Origin: an uncultured Planctomycetales bacterium
GTDB lineage: Bacteria > Omnitrophota > Gorgyraeia > Gygaellales > JAHJCI01
Reading direction: 5' to 3'
NCBI GenBank assembly: GCA_964592485.1
Contig: CAZQEY010000003.1
Coordinates: 12,218-76,217, forward strand
DNA length: 64,000 nt
Under the pieces are notes generated by a model. It searched no databases, had not been told where the DNA came from, and saw only the letters and a list, made by a program, of their open reading frames with translations. The stretch's first letter is position 1. The number at the start of each line of letters is the position of its first letter. Below, piece after piece: positions 1 to 12,000 of the stretch. Position numbers and translations under genes: made by a program.

Positions 1-3000
1 GAGGAATGCGAGCAATTAGAGAAAGAATTTAAGGGATTTGAAGAAAAGTCCGGCGACTCGCGAAAAATTGAGATGGAATTTAGGGATGGCAATATAATTG
101 AGACTTCCAAATCCAGATATCATCTGTTAGAAAAGTTAACCGAAACCGAGAAATCCGTAGTCAATCAGATTTCTATGGAGATTAAAGGAATCAAGACTGA
201 GAGAGAAAAAGGAAAAATCTCCAGATCTTTAGGTGTATTTAGGGCTTCTCCCCCGATTCGTATTGTGCGTATTTTAAAGGCCTTAAGGATTCATCCCGGA
301 CAGAGGTTTCTTGATTTGGGTAGCGGCAATGGCATTGTTGTCTTTTTGGCATCGATATTATGTGGTGTCAGGGGAGTGGGTATTGAGGGGAACCCATATT
401 TATTTAATAAGAGTCGGCTTGCGCAGGAGAGATTTGAAAATGAAGGTACGCTTAGACACGGAGAGACAGAATTTATTTTGGGAGATTTCCTTAAAGAGGA
501 CTGGGACAGTTACGATATTATTTTCTATTATTCCTTTGGCAGCCATCAATCAACTGAGATTGAAGAGAAGGTTTTGAAGGAAGCCAAGATAGGTGCAAGG
601 TTTGTTGTCCTTGGTTCGCGGAGGTTTGCCTGGAAAAACTACAATAGATACGAGGATTTTAGTAGATTGATTAATTCCAAAGAATTTTCTTTCCAAACCG
701 AACCAGACCTTGGTGCCTGGATATTTACACGCCTGAATAAGAACGAAGGTAGCGACTTACAGGAGGTTAAGGAAACACAAAAATTAAAGGAAGCCCTTAG
801 TCGAGATTACAAAGCTATCGCCATTGACTTTGATGGGACAATCTACGATGCAAAAATGTCTAAGGAAGAGTTTGAGGAATTACTCGAAGTATTGGTGGAT
901 ATCTTAAAATCGGGCAAAAATCTTGCAATTGTTACTAGCGGTCGACCGGAATACGTAGAGGAACTTTTGGTTTCTAAGTTAAGGAGTCATCCACGGGTAA
1001 CAAAAGAAAACCTTAATCAAATCGATATTTATCATTCAGGAGGAGCCTCCGGATATAATGCAGCTACGGAGAAAGTGCATTATGAAAAAGAATTTCCTGA
1101 TGCATTGCGGCAAGAAGCTGCTCGCTTGTTTAGCGGTAATCCACATTTAACATGCGATGAGGCAGAGTGGAAATCTTATTTTAAGCAACCGAAATATTCT
1201 GACACCCTCGCTTTAGATGCTGATTCTCACCTCAGTTTCACTCTATATAAGATTACCTTAATTCCTAAAGATAAAGGTTTAATAGCGCAGTACCAAAAGA
1301 TATTAAAAGAGCTCGTTACTAAATACGGTCTTAATTTAAACGTAAAGGCAACAAGTATCGCAGTAGAAATTATTCCTAAAGGAGTGGGCAAGATGCTAGC
1401 CGTTGCTGATCTGATGAGGCGACTGAAGGTTGAGTCTAGCCAGATTGCTAAGATTGGTGACCGGGGTGACCCAGAAGGAAACGACTATGAGTTTCTAAAG
1501 GAAGAAGGTAGTTTCTCGGTGGATCAGTACGATCCAGCCAATCCCAATCAGATTTGTATACCCTTGATAAATGGATTACGGGGTCCTACGGCAACGTTAT
1601 GGCTACTTAGACGATTGGCAATAAATAATACATTAGCATCTAAGCAACCAGGCCTTGGTCCAGGCACTTGGGATAGTATTGTAATGCCCAGCGACCTTAT
1701 TGAAGTTCAAGTTTATGTAGATGATGAAGGCAGGGTTTTTGTTGAATATGATGGCCAGAGGCTTGAAGTGGCAAGAGTAGATAAGCCAAATGAGATATTT
1801 GGAATGAGTATCAGGAATTGGTTGAAGGAGAAAGGACTCCGCGCTGATTACGATGCTTTTACTGATGAAGAAAAAGGCAGAAAATTTAGCATCGGTAATG
1901 CACTACGCAGAAAAGCAAATAGAGGCCTGAGAAATCGAAACGGATTATATGAGGTAAGAGCAGAAATAGTGCGTTATATTAGTTGGGCAAAATCCGGGCC
2001 TCAGCCTACTTGGAGCAAGATGAATTCGGCGATGTATGTCGGTATGCCTTTAAGTAATCTAATCTATTGGTATGCCGAAGAACAAGTAGCTATGTTAAAG
2101 TTATTCGGCAAAAAGGCACTCCCAATAACTGACCACAAGAGAATGGCTTTCATTGATTGGGTTCAAGGATTGAGCTTCTGGGATTTACCCATCTGGCCAG
2201 TAACCGAATCAGGCCAAATTGATACGGGTTTAATAAAATGGTTCAATGTGCCCAAGATGCGTGCCCCGCCTGAATATTTCAAAGCAAAGAAAATCACCTT
2301 ACGAGAGTTCATTGATAAAAAACCGCAAGCGCAAGGGGTCGGCAGGTCAAATGATTCAACCAAAGGTTCTCCCGCCGATTGCCTTAATACTTTGTATAAC
2401 AATAAGAACTTTAAGGAAAATCCTGTCAGTGTAAATGAATTAGTCTCCCAAAGAGCCTATTCCCAAAGAGCCTATTCTGAAACCACCATCCGCGCAGAAT
2501 TAAGCAGTCTTATCGCCATAGGTCTGGTAGAGGTAGACAAAACTCAAAAGCCATACCGTTACTACTTAAGCGATATCTTAAAAAGAGCACCGCCTGAGAT
2601 AATTAAAGAAATCTGTGATTTACCTGAACTAAACCTCTATCAAATCCCCTCCCAAGAAATTCCTCAACTCAAAAATAAATTAACAGAAATATTAGAACCC
2701 AGCGAATTAGTATCGTTGAAGAGAAGAGTATTTAAGGATAAGGCTTTATCAGGTGAAATAGAAAGGATATTCGGTTCATACGATAATTTTGCTTTGGCTT
2801 TATTTAATCCTCAGGAGTTCCTTGAGAAGCACAAATCAGAAAGTGCCTTATTAGCAGAGTTAAGTCAATTCTTAAGCAGGTTATTGGTTAACAACGAGGT
2901 ATTGGGAGAGATTCCTGTATGCGAATTTCCCCTTGCAAGGGCCTATGTTGAGAGATTATTCGCTGCTACGGGATTAGTCCGAGGAAATTTAGATGAGCTT

Positions 3001-6000
3001 CTTTCAAACAGAGCTTTATATAAAGAAAACAGAGAAAATAACCTTGAGGCAATAGCAGATGTTTACGGGATAGATATGTGCCTCGTTACATACTTAGATA
3101 TAAGATATAGCGGCGTAACTATTATTGGAGAAAATGCCGGATTGGAGTTTGTAGTGGATGGGAAATATAGAACAGGCCGTTTTGTTCTAGGCGACAATAT
3201 TTACCTATTCACAAAACAGGTATTTTTAGGAGAATCCCCCTATGCATACAGCAAGGAGACGGGAAAGATATATTATTACGGGCAAGAACTGCCCTATAAA
3301 GTAACCCCCGTAGAGCAAAAAGCAGGCACATGGAGAAGTCCGACAACCGGCGCCAAGCATTGGTATTTTAAAATTAAATACTGGGAGAATGAAGCAGACA
3401 CTATAGATGAGGAGCAGTTAACCGATTATAGCTCGCTGACCTTAAATTTTAGAGACTTCTGTCTTAATATGTGTCCTTTCTGCTGGCGGGCATATAGAGA
3501 AGAACTGCGGGCTTTTGGAAAAGAACTGATGAGGCAAAAAAATATTACAGTTGACCAAGGTATAGATATGCTTAAGAAAGCCCATGGAAAGAATGTGCTT
3601 ACAAAAGTCAAAGAAATATCGGTTGTCCAAGCCGGATTCGTTAAAGAAGAAGAGGAGTTAGACTATTTAGAAGAATTAATTATTAAATTAAGGAAAGAGG
3701 GATTTAAGGGTAGAATAATGGTTTCTACAAGCTTCGTTAGAAATCCCAACGCATATGCCAGACTTAAGGATTTAGGTTACGATATGAGCGAGTATAATTT
3801 TCCCTTAGAAGCATTTACAAATAGAGAAACCGTTCTAAGCAGAAGAAAGGCTGCGCCTTTTAAGAAGGTATTGCGAACTTTAATTATAGCAAAGCAACAT
3901 TATAGAACCGTCAGGGTATGGCTTCTGGCAGGATTAGCGGATAATCTTAGAGATTACGAAAGATTTTTTGCAATCTTATCTAAGAACAAGATAGATGCGC
4001 AAATTGGTATGTATTTTCCAATGCTTCCAAGACAAATCGGACTTCTGTCAAACGATATGGTTCGCGATCAAGAAAATAACGGACATATTCGATTTTTGTT
4101 AGATGTAGTTCGGTTAGCTAATAGATATAGTATCGCAAGGCCGGAGAGCAGCAGAAATAATGCTATCTGGCCGGCGTATATGGACAGATTTATTTATCAG
4201 GATAGCATACTTTTGACTAAAAATGAAGTTTCATTCGGGAGAAAAGGTATTTTAACTCTAAAGAGATTTATTAAAAACGGAGATTTTATTAATAAAGATA
4301 GTTTACTTGCTCCGCTTCGCCGCGAGGTAGAAAAGCAAGGGAGGATACTGTTAGGTTCGATAGAAGGAAGACAGATTTATGCTTATGTGGGCAAAGAGTT
4401 CAAGGGAAGCTTAGTTGATATGATTCAGGACAGATTTGACGAGAAATATGGATGGATATTTGCTGCTTATTTAGTTGAGGCAAAAACAGGCAAAAGAGGA
4501 GAGATTCCTATTCGTATGTTTAGAATAGAACCTGATAAGCCAAATTATTTTGAGATTACAGACCCCACTGAAAAAAGGATGATTACTGAAGAGGGTGAAA
4601 TAGTTATAAGAAAGGACAAACTCGATAATTCCGGCAGCTTGAATAAGGGTAAACTTCCTCATCCTAAATTTTATCAATATCCTAATGCGGAAGTGGAATA
4701 CAAGGCTTTGGTTGTTGATGGAGAAGAAATTATCTTAGAGGTAAGAATATTCTGGAAGGGTGAAATTATCATTAAAAAACTTTCTACAGTAAGAGATAGC
4801 AAGACAAGAAAGTTGCTATTTTCTTTTATTAAGAATTTCCACAAATTCCATATTAAACAGCATAAAGACATAATCATCCGGAGACAACTGGATAAGCGTG
4901 CAAGATTGGATATTTTGGGTCAGATGCCTTGGACAGGTTTACCTAAAGGTCTTAATCTTGATTATGCTTGGGTAGATGTAAAAATTGAAGATGCCGGGAA
5001 GATAGTTGATGTGATGTTTATTGAGGATTCCCAAGGAAGGTCAGTGCTTAATATTAATGGAGAGCCTTTTAAGATAGTTATCGGTGAAAATCTTCAAGAA
5101 CAGTTATCTCGCATAGCGCCGCGTAAAGAAAGAAGAATCGGCGTATTTGATGCTAAAACAGATAAATTGATTGCTTCCTATGAGGAGATGAGTCCGGAGG
5201 AGTTAGCTTTGATTACTGAAGAGCAATACCTAATAATTAGATTAGGCAAGCGGGGAAGGCTGGCTATCGGTGGTAAAGACTGGGGTGATTTTCATCTATT
5301 TCCTGGTGCAAAGGTCAGGCTCATTTGTTCTGAAGGCAAGGTAAAGGTTGTTAAATTTATTGCTGATAGAGAAGGAAAACCGATTCTGGATAAACAAGGT
5401 AAAGCCTTAGAGATTAAGATAGGTGAAGATGTTTTGAAGCAATTGAGAGAGAAGCTACCTTATTTTCAAGTGCGCAGCACAAAAGAGCTTTTAAGCGCGG
5501 ATAGGGTTTATGCGTTGATTGAAATGCTTCTTAATCCAGAGATTGGCACAGAGACGAAAAAACATATCCATTCTCTTCTTAAGAAAGCAGCCGAAGATGA
5601 AAGATATGTTGATGAGTTTCAAAGCCTCCTTGAAGAACCAGAGAAAGTTTCGAAGGAAAAAGTTGCCGATACTGTTATTGTATTTTTGGATACGAAGGTA
5701 GGTAGAGGTTTAATATCTACGATAGAAGCAACCAACCTAAGGAGATTTGCTAAAGATGAGAGCGGGGTTTTAGAGGCGATTAAGATATATCTTAGCAGTG
5801 ACATGAGTGATGAGGCGACAAAGATAAAGATTAGGTTGTTTGGTGCTGCTCGCGAGTTTCCTCAAGAGATAAGTGATACTATAGAAAAGATAAGGTTACA
5901 AAAAGATGGCAAGCAAGTTATTAGAAAATTGGAAAGGAGCGCTGGAGGTGGAGTATTCTTTAATTTAATTAAAAATGGTTTAAGCCTAAAGGGTATCATC

Positions 6001-9000
6001 AATAACAATCGCACAAATTCAATTATGCTTTATTCGGCTATTCTTCCCCCACAATTGGCTTCGTGGATAAATAAGAGACTTCTGCCACTACTTAGAAATG
6101 CTGCCTTAACAGGAATTAAGTTTTTAAACTCCATTTTAGGCGAAAGAGAAAAGATTATAAAAGAGGGATCCGATACTGGCGAGCTTATGAATATTATTTC
6201 TCAAACAAAGGGACAGTTCAAACTTGCCCAGCGAGTATTAAACCTTATGGATATAGGGATTGTTACGGATTCTTCATTATTAGTTACTCAATTAATGGAG
6301 GCATTTTCTAAAGAATATGATTTGCCGGATACTGTAAAGTTATTATTCTCATCCCCATCTTTTATCTATAATTACTTTAGCAGATTATCTGAAGAAGAAT
6401 TTTATCCAAAATCAAAGGAGTTTTCCCCAAAGGACACAGCCTTGATAGTTGTAGATATTCAAAAAGATTTCTGCGAAGACAGGGAAGGCTTCGCTTACGC
6501 TAATCGTCAAAAAGCTAAAGCAAGGGATGATGTTTCCGCAATCCAATATATGATAAATAATAATCTTCTGCCTTTAATTGAAATGGCACGAAAAGTCAAT
6601 ATGCACACTCTCTACATTCAAGCAGATTATCGCCAGAGGCAATTTCCTGATATGCCCAAGCTATGCCTCAAAGGTACTGAAGGTTGGGAATTTTATAAAC
6701 TCTCACCGCAAGGAGAAAAAGAAGCAGTCTTTTCTAAGTCTACATATGACCTCTTCAGCAACCCACAGGTAATGAAATATCTTAAGCGGCATAATATAAG
6801 GAATATTTTAATTTCTGGTTTAACTACCGATACCTGTGTAAGAACATCGGCTATTAGTCCTTTAGCTAAAACCTTTAAGGTATATGTAATAGGTGATTGT
6901 GTTGTTACTGCAGGCTATAAGCTCTTAACTAAGCATCTACCAACTTTAGAATATTTTAAGGAGGCTACCTCTATCCCCAGACTTATTTTCTTGCCGAATA
7001 TTTCATTTTACACCTCATCTCGAAGCGGAAGCTGCGCGTCAGGTAAAATAAAAGGGATAATCGCCGAAGAGGTGAAAAAATTAAATGATGCAGGTCTTAG
7101 ATATGGTAATGAAGTAACCGAAGCGCTTTTAAAATTAGCAGAAGATTGGAATCTGGATAAGTTAAAGGAGGCACTTGAAGAGTCAAGAAGATATTCCGAA
7201 CAGAGAAGTCCGGCTCTTTTGGCAATGGAGTTACAAACGATTTCATCTCTGGCTCAATTAATAGAAAATAAAATTAAGCACTCCGAATCTGCCTCTACCT
7301 TAGATAATATCCTCCAAGATAATGAAGCAGATTGCTTAGGATATACACAACTTTTATGTATATTAGGGAAAGCTGTTGGCTTTAAAGTCAGTCCTGTAGA
7401 GATAAAAAATTTACTCCCATATTTCTCTGACCAAGCTATGTTGCATGTGTGTTGTCTATTTGAATTGTCAAATGGACAGAAAGTGATGGTAGATTTGGGA
7501 GTCGAGCCTACAATAATTAGCAGCGCCTTTGCAATGGATGAAGAATACGAACTCATTGATGGGACTGATTATTATGAGATAAGAAAGGAAAATAATCCTT
7601 TTAGGTTATATAGGAGAATTCGATTTTTGGGTTATAAAGGATTGGTATCAATACTTTACACTAATTTAGGGCTTGGCTTTGTTGATGAAGGAGAACTTTC
7701 TTTGGCGATAGGGTCTTACGATAAGGCAATCGACTTGGACTCCAGGAATGCCAGGGCATATTATAGTAGGGCTGACGCTAATGTTTCCTTGGGGAATGTA
7801 ATACTGGCAGCTTCAGATTTTGAAGAAGCAGTTAGATTGGACCCACGGGACGAGATGACCCATTGTAATTTGGGTAATATTAAACTTGCAGGTGGACAAT
7901 TAGGGGAAGCCAAGGCTAAATTTGACGAAGCCATCAATTTAAAGCCTGATTTTGCCTTGGCTTATTGGCTTCGCGGGAAAGTCCTTGAACAATTAGGAGA
8001 TGTAAGGAGAGCAAAGAAAGATAGGAATAGAGCTTTAAAGTTAGATTCTTCGCTATCTTCAAAAATTCAACCGCCTATTATTTCTAATGAAGTTTATATG
8101 AAAACCATCTATCTTCTCACTCATCCTTTTTATATCCTCCCTTCAGATATGATGGGAAAGTGGAAGAGATTTGTCGATTGGGTAGCCGAAGACCAAAAAG
8201 GTTGCTTAATCTTTGTTGCCCAGAATCAAGCTCCTTTTAAAACCTCCGTTTTAGAAACTGAACTAGCAAATTATGCCTCGGATAAATTAGGAAAAAGATT
8301 CATCTTAGTAAGAGAATTTAGCGAGCAACTAAGCAAGGAGATTAAGGCTATTGGTAACTTCAATCCCAAAGAAGTAAGAATTAAAAGCATTGGTCAATTG
8401 ACCAATATTTGCGTTAGAATTTATACTCGCATTTTACAGGAAAAATTAAGGATTCCTACGGAAAATGTCGAGATATTAAGGGAGATTCCTCAAGAGGTAG
8501 AGACAGCTGAAGGGCAGACGCTATCTTCTGAACAAGAAGCAACGCCAGAGATTATAAAGAAGTCAGCGTTAATGAAAATAAAGAAGTTTATGGTTCTACC
8601 TGGCATTCGCACCTTCATAAAATATCAGTTGTATGTTTTACTGCCTCTTATAGGATTAGACCTGCTGTCTAAATTACTTATTCAGCATTTTGTTCCGGAT
8701 ATCATGACGCTTGCTCCCGGCGCTCAGTTGGACTTAGGTCTGTATAATTACCCCAGTTTAGGACCGTTTTATTTCTTCCCTATTTATCATACACAGCCGG
8801 GTATTCTTGAGAGTATTTTTGGACCTCAAGCCTATTTTAGCTCGCCACTCTTGCTTATCCCTGTATTTGCTCTTTATATCTATGTCCAAGTGCGTTGGTT
8901 ACATATTTGCTTCCAGGATTTCCTGAAGAATCAGAATCACAGATTTAGATTATCATACGCTTTGCCGTCTGTACTTATAGCTGGCGTGTTGGGCAATATG

Positions 9001-12000
9001 GTCAGCCCATTAATTACGCAGGGCAAGAGATTGGACTTTATCGGAATAGGGCCGAGTATTTCTCATTTAGCAGACTTTATGTTGTGGCTTGGCGTGATTA
9101 TAGGCATGGTTACGATTGTGCGTTATTTTATGGCTTCCAGGAGAGAGAAGAAAACACGCCGAGGCTCACTTGCAGAATGTTTGCGGGACCTTTCTCAAGC
9201 TAACAGGCCTTTAACCAGCGCTGAATTACAAGAAAGAAGAGGCGTAAGAAAGGAGACTGGAAAATTCTTTCACAGAAGTGTATTTAACAAGGAATTAGAA
9301 GGTCTTATGAAGCTAGGTTTGGTAGGAATAGGAAAGGACAAGATAACAGGAAAGCCAAATTATTATCTAACCGAAGTTTTAAGAAGGGCTCCGCCAAAAA
9401 CTAGAAAGAAAATCATAGAAAGACTCATCAGAGAAATACCCGCACTTAACCTTTCAGACCTCTCTCGAATCTCTCCAGAAGAAATCGAGCAAATCAAAAA
9501 TAAAGTAGAAAAAATATTAAAACAAGAAACCAGCAGCCCGCGCTTAGAAGAAATAATCGACGCCATACCTGAGGGTAGTCCATTTTCTATTGTCTACGAA
9601 GGGGGTAAATCTGAAATTTCTATGATTGACCTGCCCAGCTGGTCAGGGAACGAAGATTTTCTAAGTCAAGTTGAAAAAGGTTCATCTGCCTTGGGCAGAA
9701 GAGACATTGGTGTTTATGCGAGTTATTTTGTGAAAGTTTTCGAAAGAGTAACAGGCAGGAATTTAAACACAATCATCGGCAAAGAGGATATGCTCATAAT
9801 CGGTCCAGGCAATAGCCTCAAAGAGGCTTTATACTTCATACAAGGATTCCCGTCAGTAAGAAAGGTGGTTATCGTTGACTGGTACAAACAAAACATAAGG
9901 GATATCTTTAAAGAATTATCCCATCAGTCAGAAGAAATTAGAGAAAAAATAGAGTTATATTGCCTCGATATACGAAAAACCCCTTTTAAAAACGGTCACT
10001 TCAGACTTGTCTTTAGCTGCAATGCTCTTATGGATGACCTGCTTTCTCCTGAGGCACTAAAAGAGGCTTGGGGTGAGATTCACCGGGTGTTAAAGCCTCA
10101 GGGCATCTTTCTGGGAATGGCAACGCCAATTGAATTTATAGAGGATAATTTCGAATATATCCCTAAATACTATCGCCCAGGAGTTAATCTGGCTATAAAG
10201 AAGGGTGAGAGGCAAGAACAAGGGCCAAGAGGTTATGTAGTGGTTTTATATCAACAGAGATTTGGAGATAGAATCATAAATGATGTTAAAGCTGAGATTT
10301 CAGCGCTTCGCCCAGACTTCCTCTGCCTGCCCGAGTATTACTTTATTCCCAGATTAGTCCGTTTTGTTAACCCTGCTGAAGTGGAGAGGTATTTAGAGAA
10401 GGCGGCTGACTTTTGCCTGAAGGAATACGAGAGATTGAGGTTGCTTTCTGCGGAGCTTTCCACAGTAATAATCGCAGGCAGTTTAATAGAAAAGGCCGAA
10501 GAGGGATTCTATAATACCTGCTATATTCTTAACAGAGGCGTTGAGGTTGGCAAGCACCGTAAGGTGAATCTTGATGAAACCGAGATAAAGTATGGGTTAC
10601 TTCCTGGACAAGAGTATTCAGTTTTTGAGATAGAAGGACTAAGGATAGCAGTTTTGTTGTGTAAAGATGTATTAGACCCAGAAGCGCTGAAAGAGTTGGA
10701 GAAGAAGAACCCAGATTTGATTTTCTTTCCTTTTGTTTCACCCGATTGTAAGAATAGCTTCGATTATTTATCAACCGGCAGGGCATTTTTAAAGGCAATA
10801 AAGAAAAATGGTTGGTACGTGATAAAGGTCGGTGGAGTAGGAAGTTTGCTAGGGGAAGAGAGGCGAGGCAGAAGTCGGGTATTTTCTCAAAAGGGAATTT
10901 TGCTCAAAGCGGAAGATGAACAAAGAGATGAGATTATATCTTTTGAAATTGATATAGCAAGAAAGCCCCCGCATCAAATGCCAGAAACTTCTGACCAGGA
11001 AAGAAATAAATTGCGCATTGCCATAGAGCACGAGCAAGCAGGTACAGCAGCTTTAGAGAAGGAAGGCTATGTTTATGCCATAGCCGCCTTCAGGCTAGCA
11101 TTAAACCATCTTCCCAAAGGCGAAGAATACGAAGTCCATAGGCGAAGGATTGAAGGACGAATCGAAGATGCTAAGAGATTGGCTAATTTGAAAAATCAAG
11201 AGAGTGTTCGGATGCGTGGTCACGATGGAAGATTACATTCGAGTCTAGGCCAGAACATATTTGGCATAGACAGGGCAAGGGTATCAGGAGTTAGGCAAGA
11301 GTTGAATAGTAGCCTATTGCCTTTTGACGAAAGGAGAGTGTGGCATTATAGCGGTGGTCAAGAGGCGCGCGAAAGATTGGAGTTAAAACAAAATCAAGCA
11401 AGAATAAGAAAGGGCGAGATTTGTAATTTATTAAATGATAAGCAAGCAGAATTCTTCAAGTCATTTAAACAGAAATTCCCTGATTATCGCAAGAGATGTG
11501 TGGCTGCTTCACGCGCTGTGGGGCTAATGCTTTCTAAAGAATTCGCAATTCCTATTGAAGGGAATTCTTCTAATCGAATAGAAATAGAGGTTTGCCCTTA
11601 CCGAGATATAGGTAGTTATGATTTATATCATGAGGTGCTGGTTATATATCGTGATGGTAAGAAATGGCTATTTGTTTATCCGGTATTAGGTCTATTTCAT
11701 CCCGGCTTAGAGGGTCAAATAATCTGTGATGAATATCTACACCTAAGCGAATACGGTTTTTCTCATTATTCTCGCGCAGACTGGAGGCGAGGTTGGGATG
11801 AGAGAATAGAACAGATTGCTGATGAGGTATCAGGTATCAGGCCCCAGTTAGAGGGACTTTTAAACAACCCAGCTTCTAATACCAGAAATGAAGCTATAGA
11901 TGAGTTGTTACGTTCAAGAGAATATAAAGAAAAACAAAAAATATCGCTATTTTTAAACAGGGTTATGCAGGACGATAATGATTCAGTGCGACAAAAGGCA

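Noticed and set aside
73-75. ATG at 73 as the start of the giant gene
   Set aside because: The frame is open to base 1 with protein-like sequence and no clear RBS, so the true start probably lies upstream of the window.
8100-8490. Second cysteine-hydrolase-like domain (HPFY ... GQLTNICV)
   Set aside because: The resemblance is plausible but too diverged to call without a profile search.
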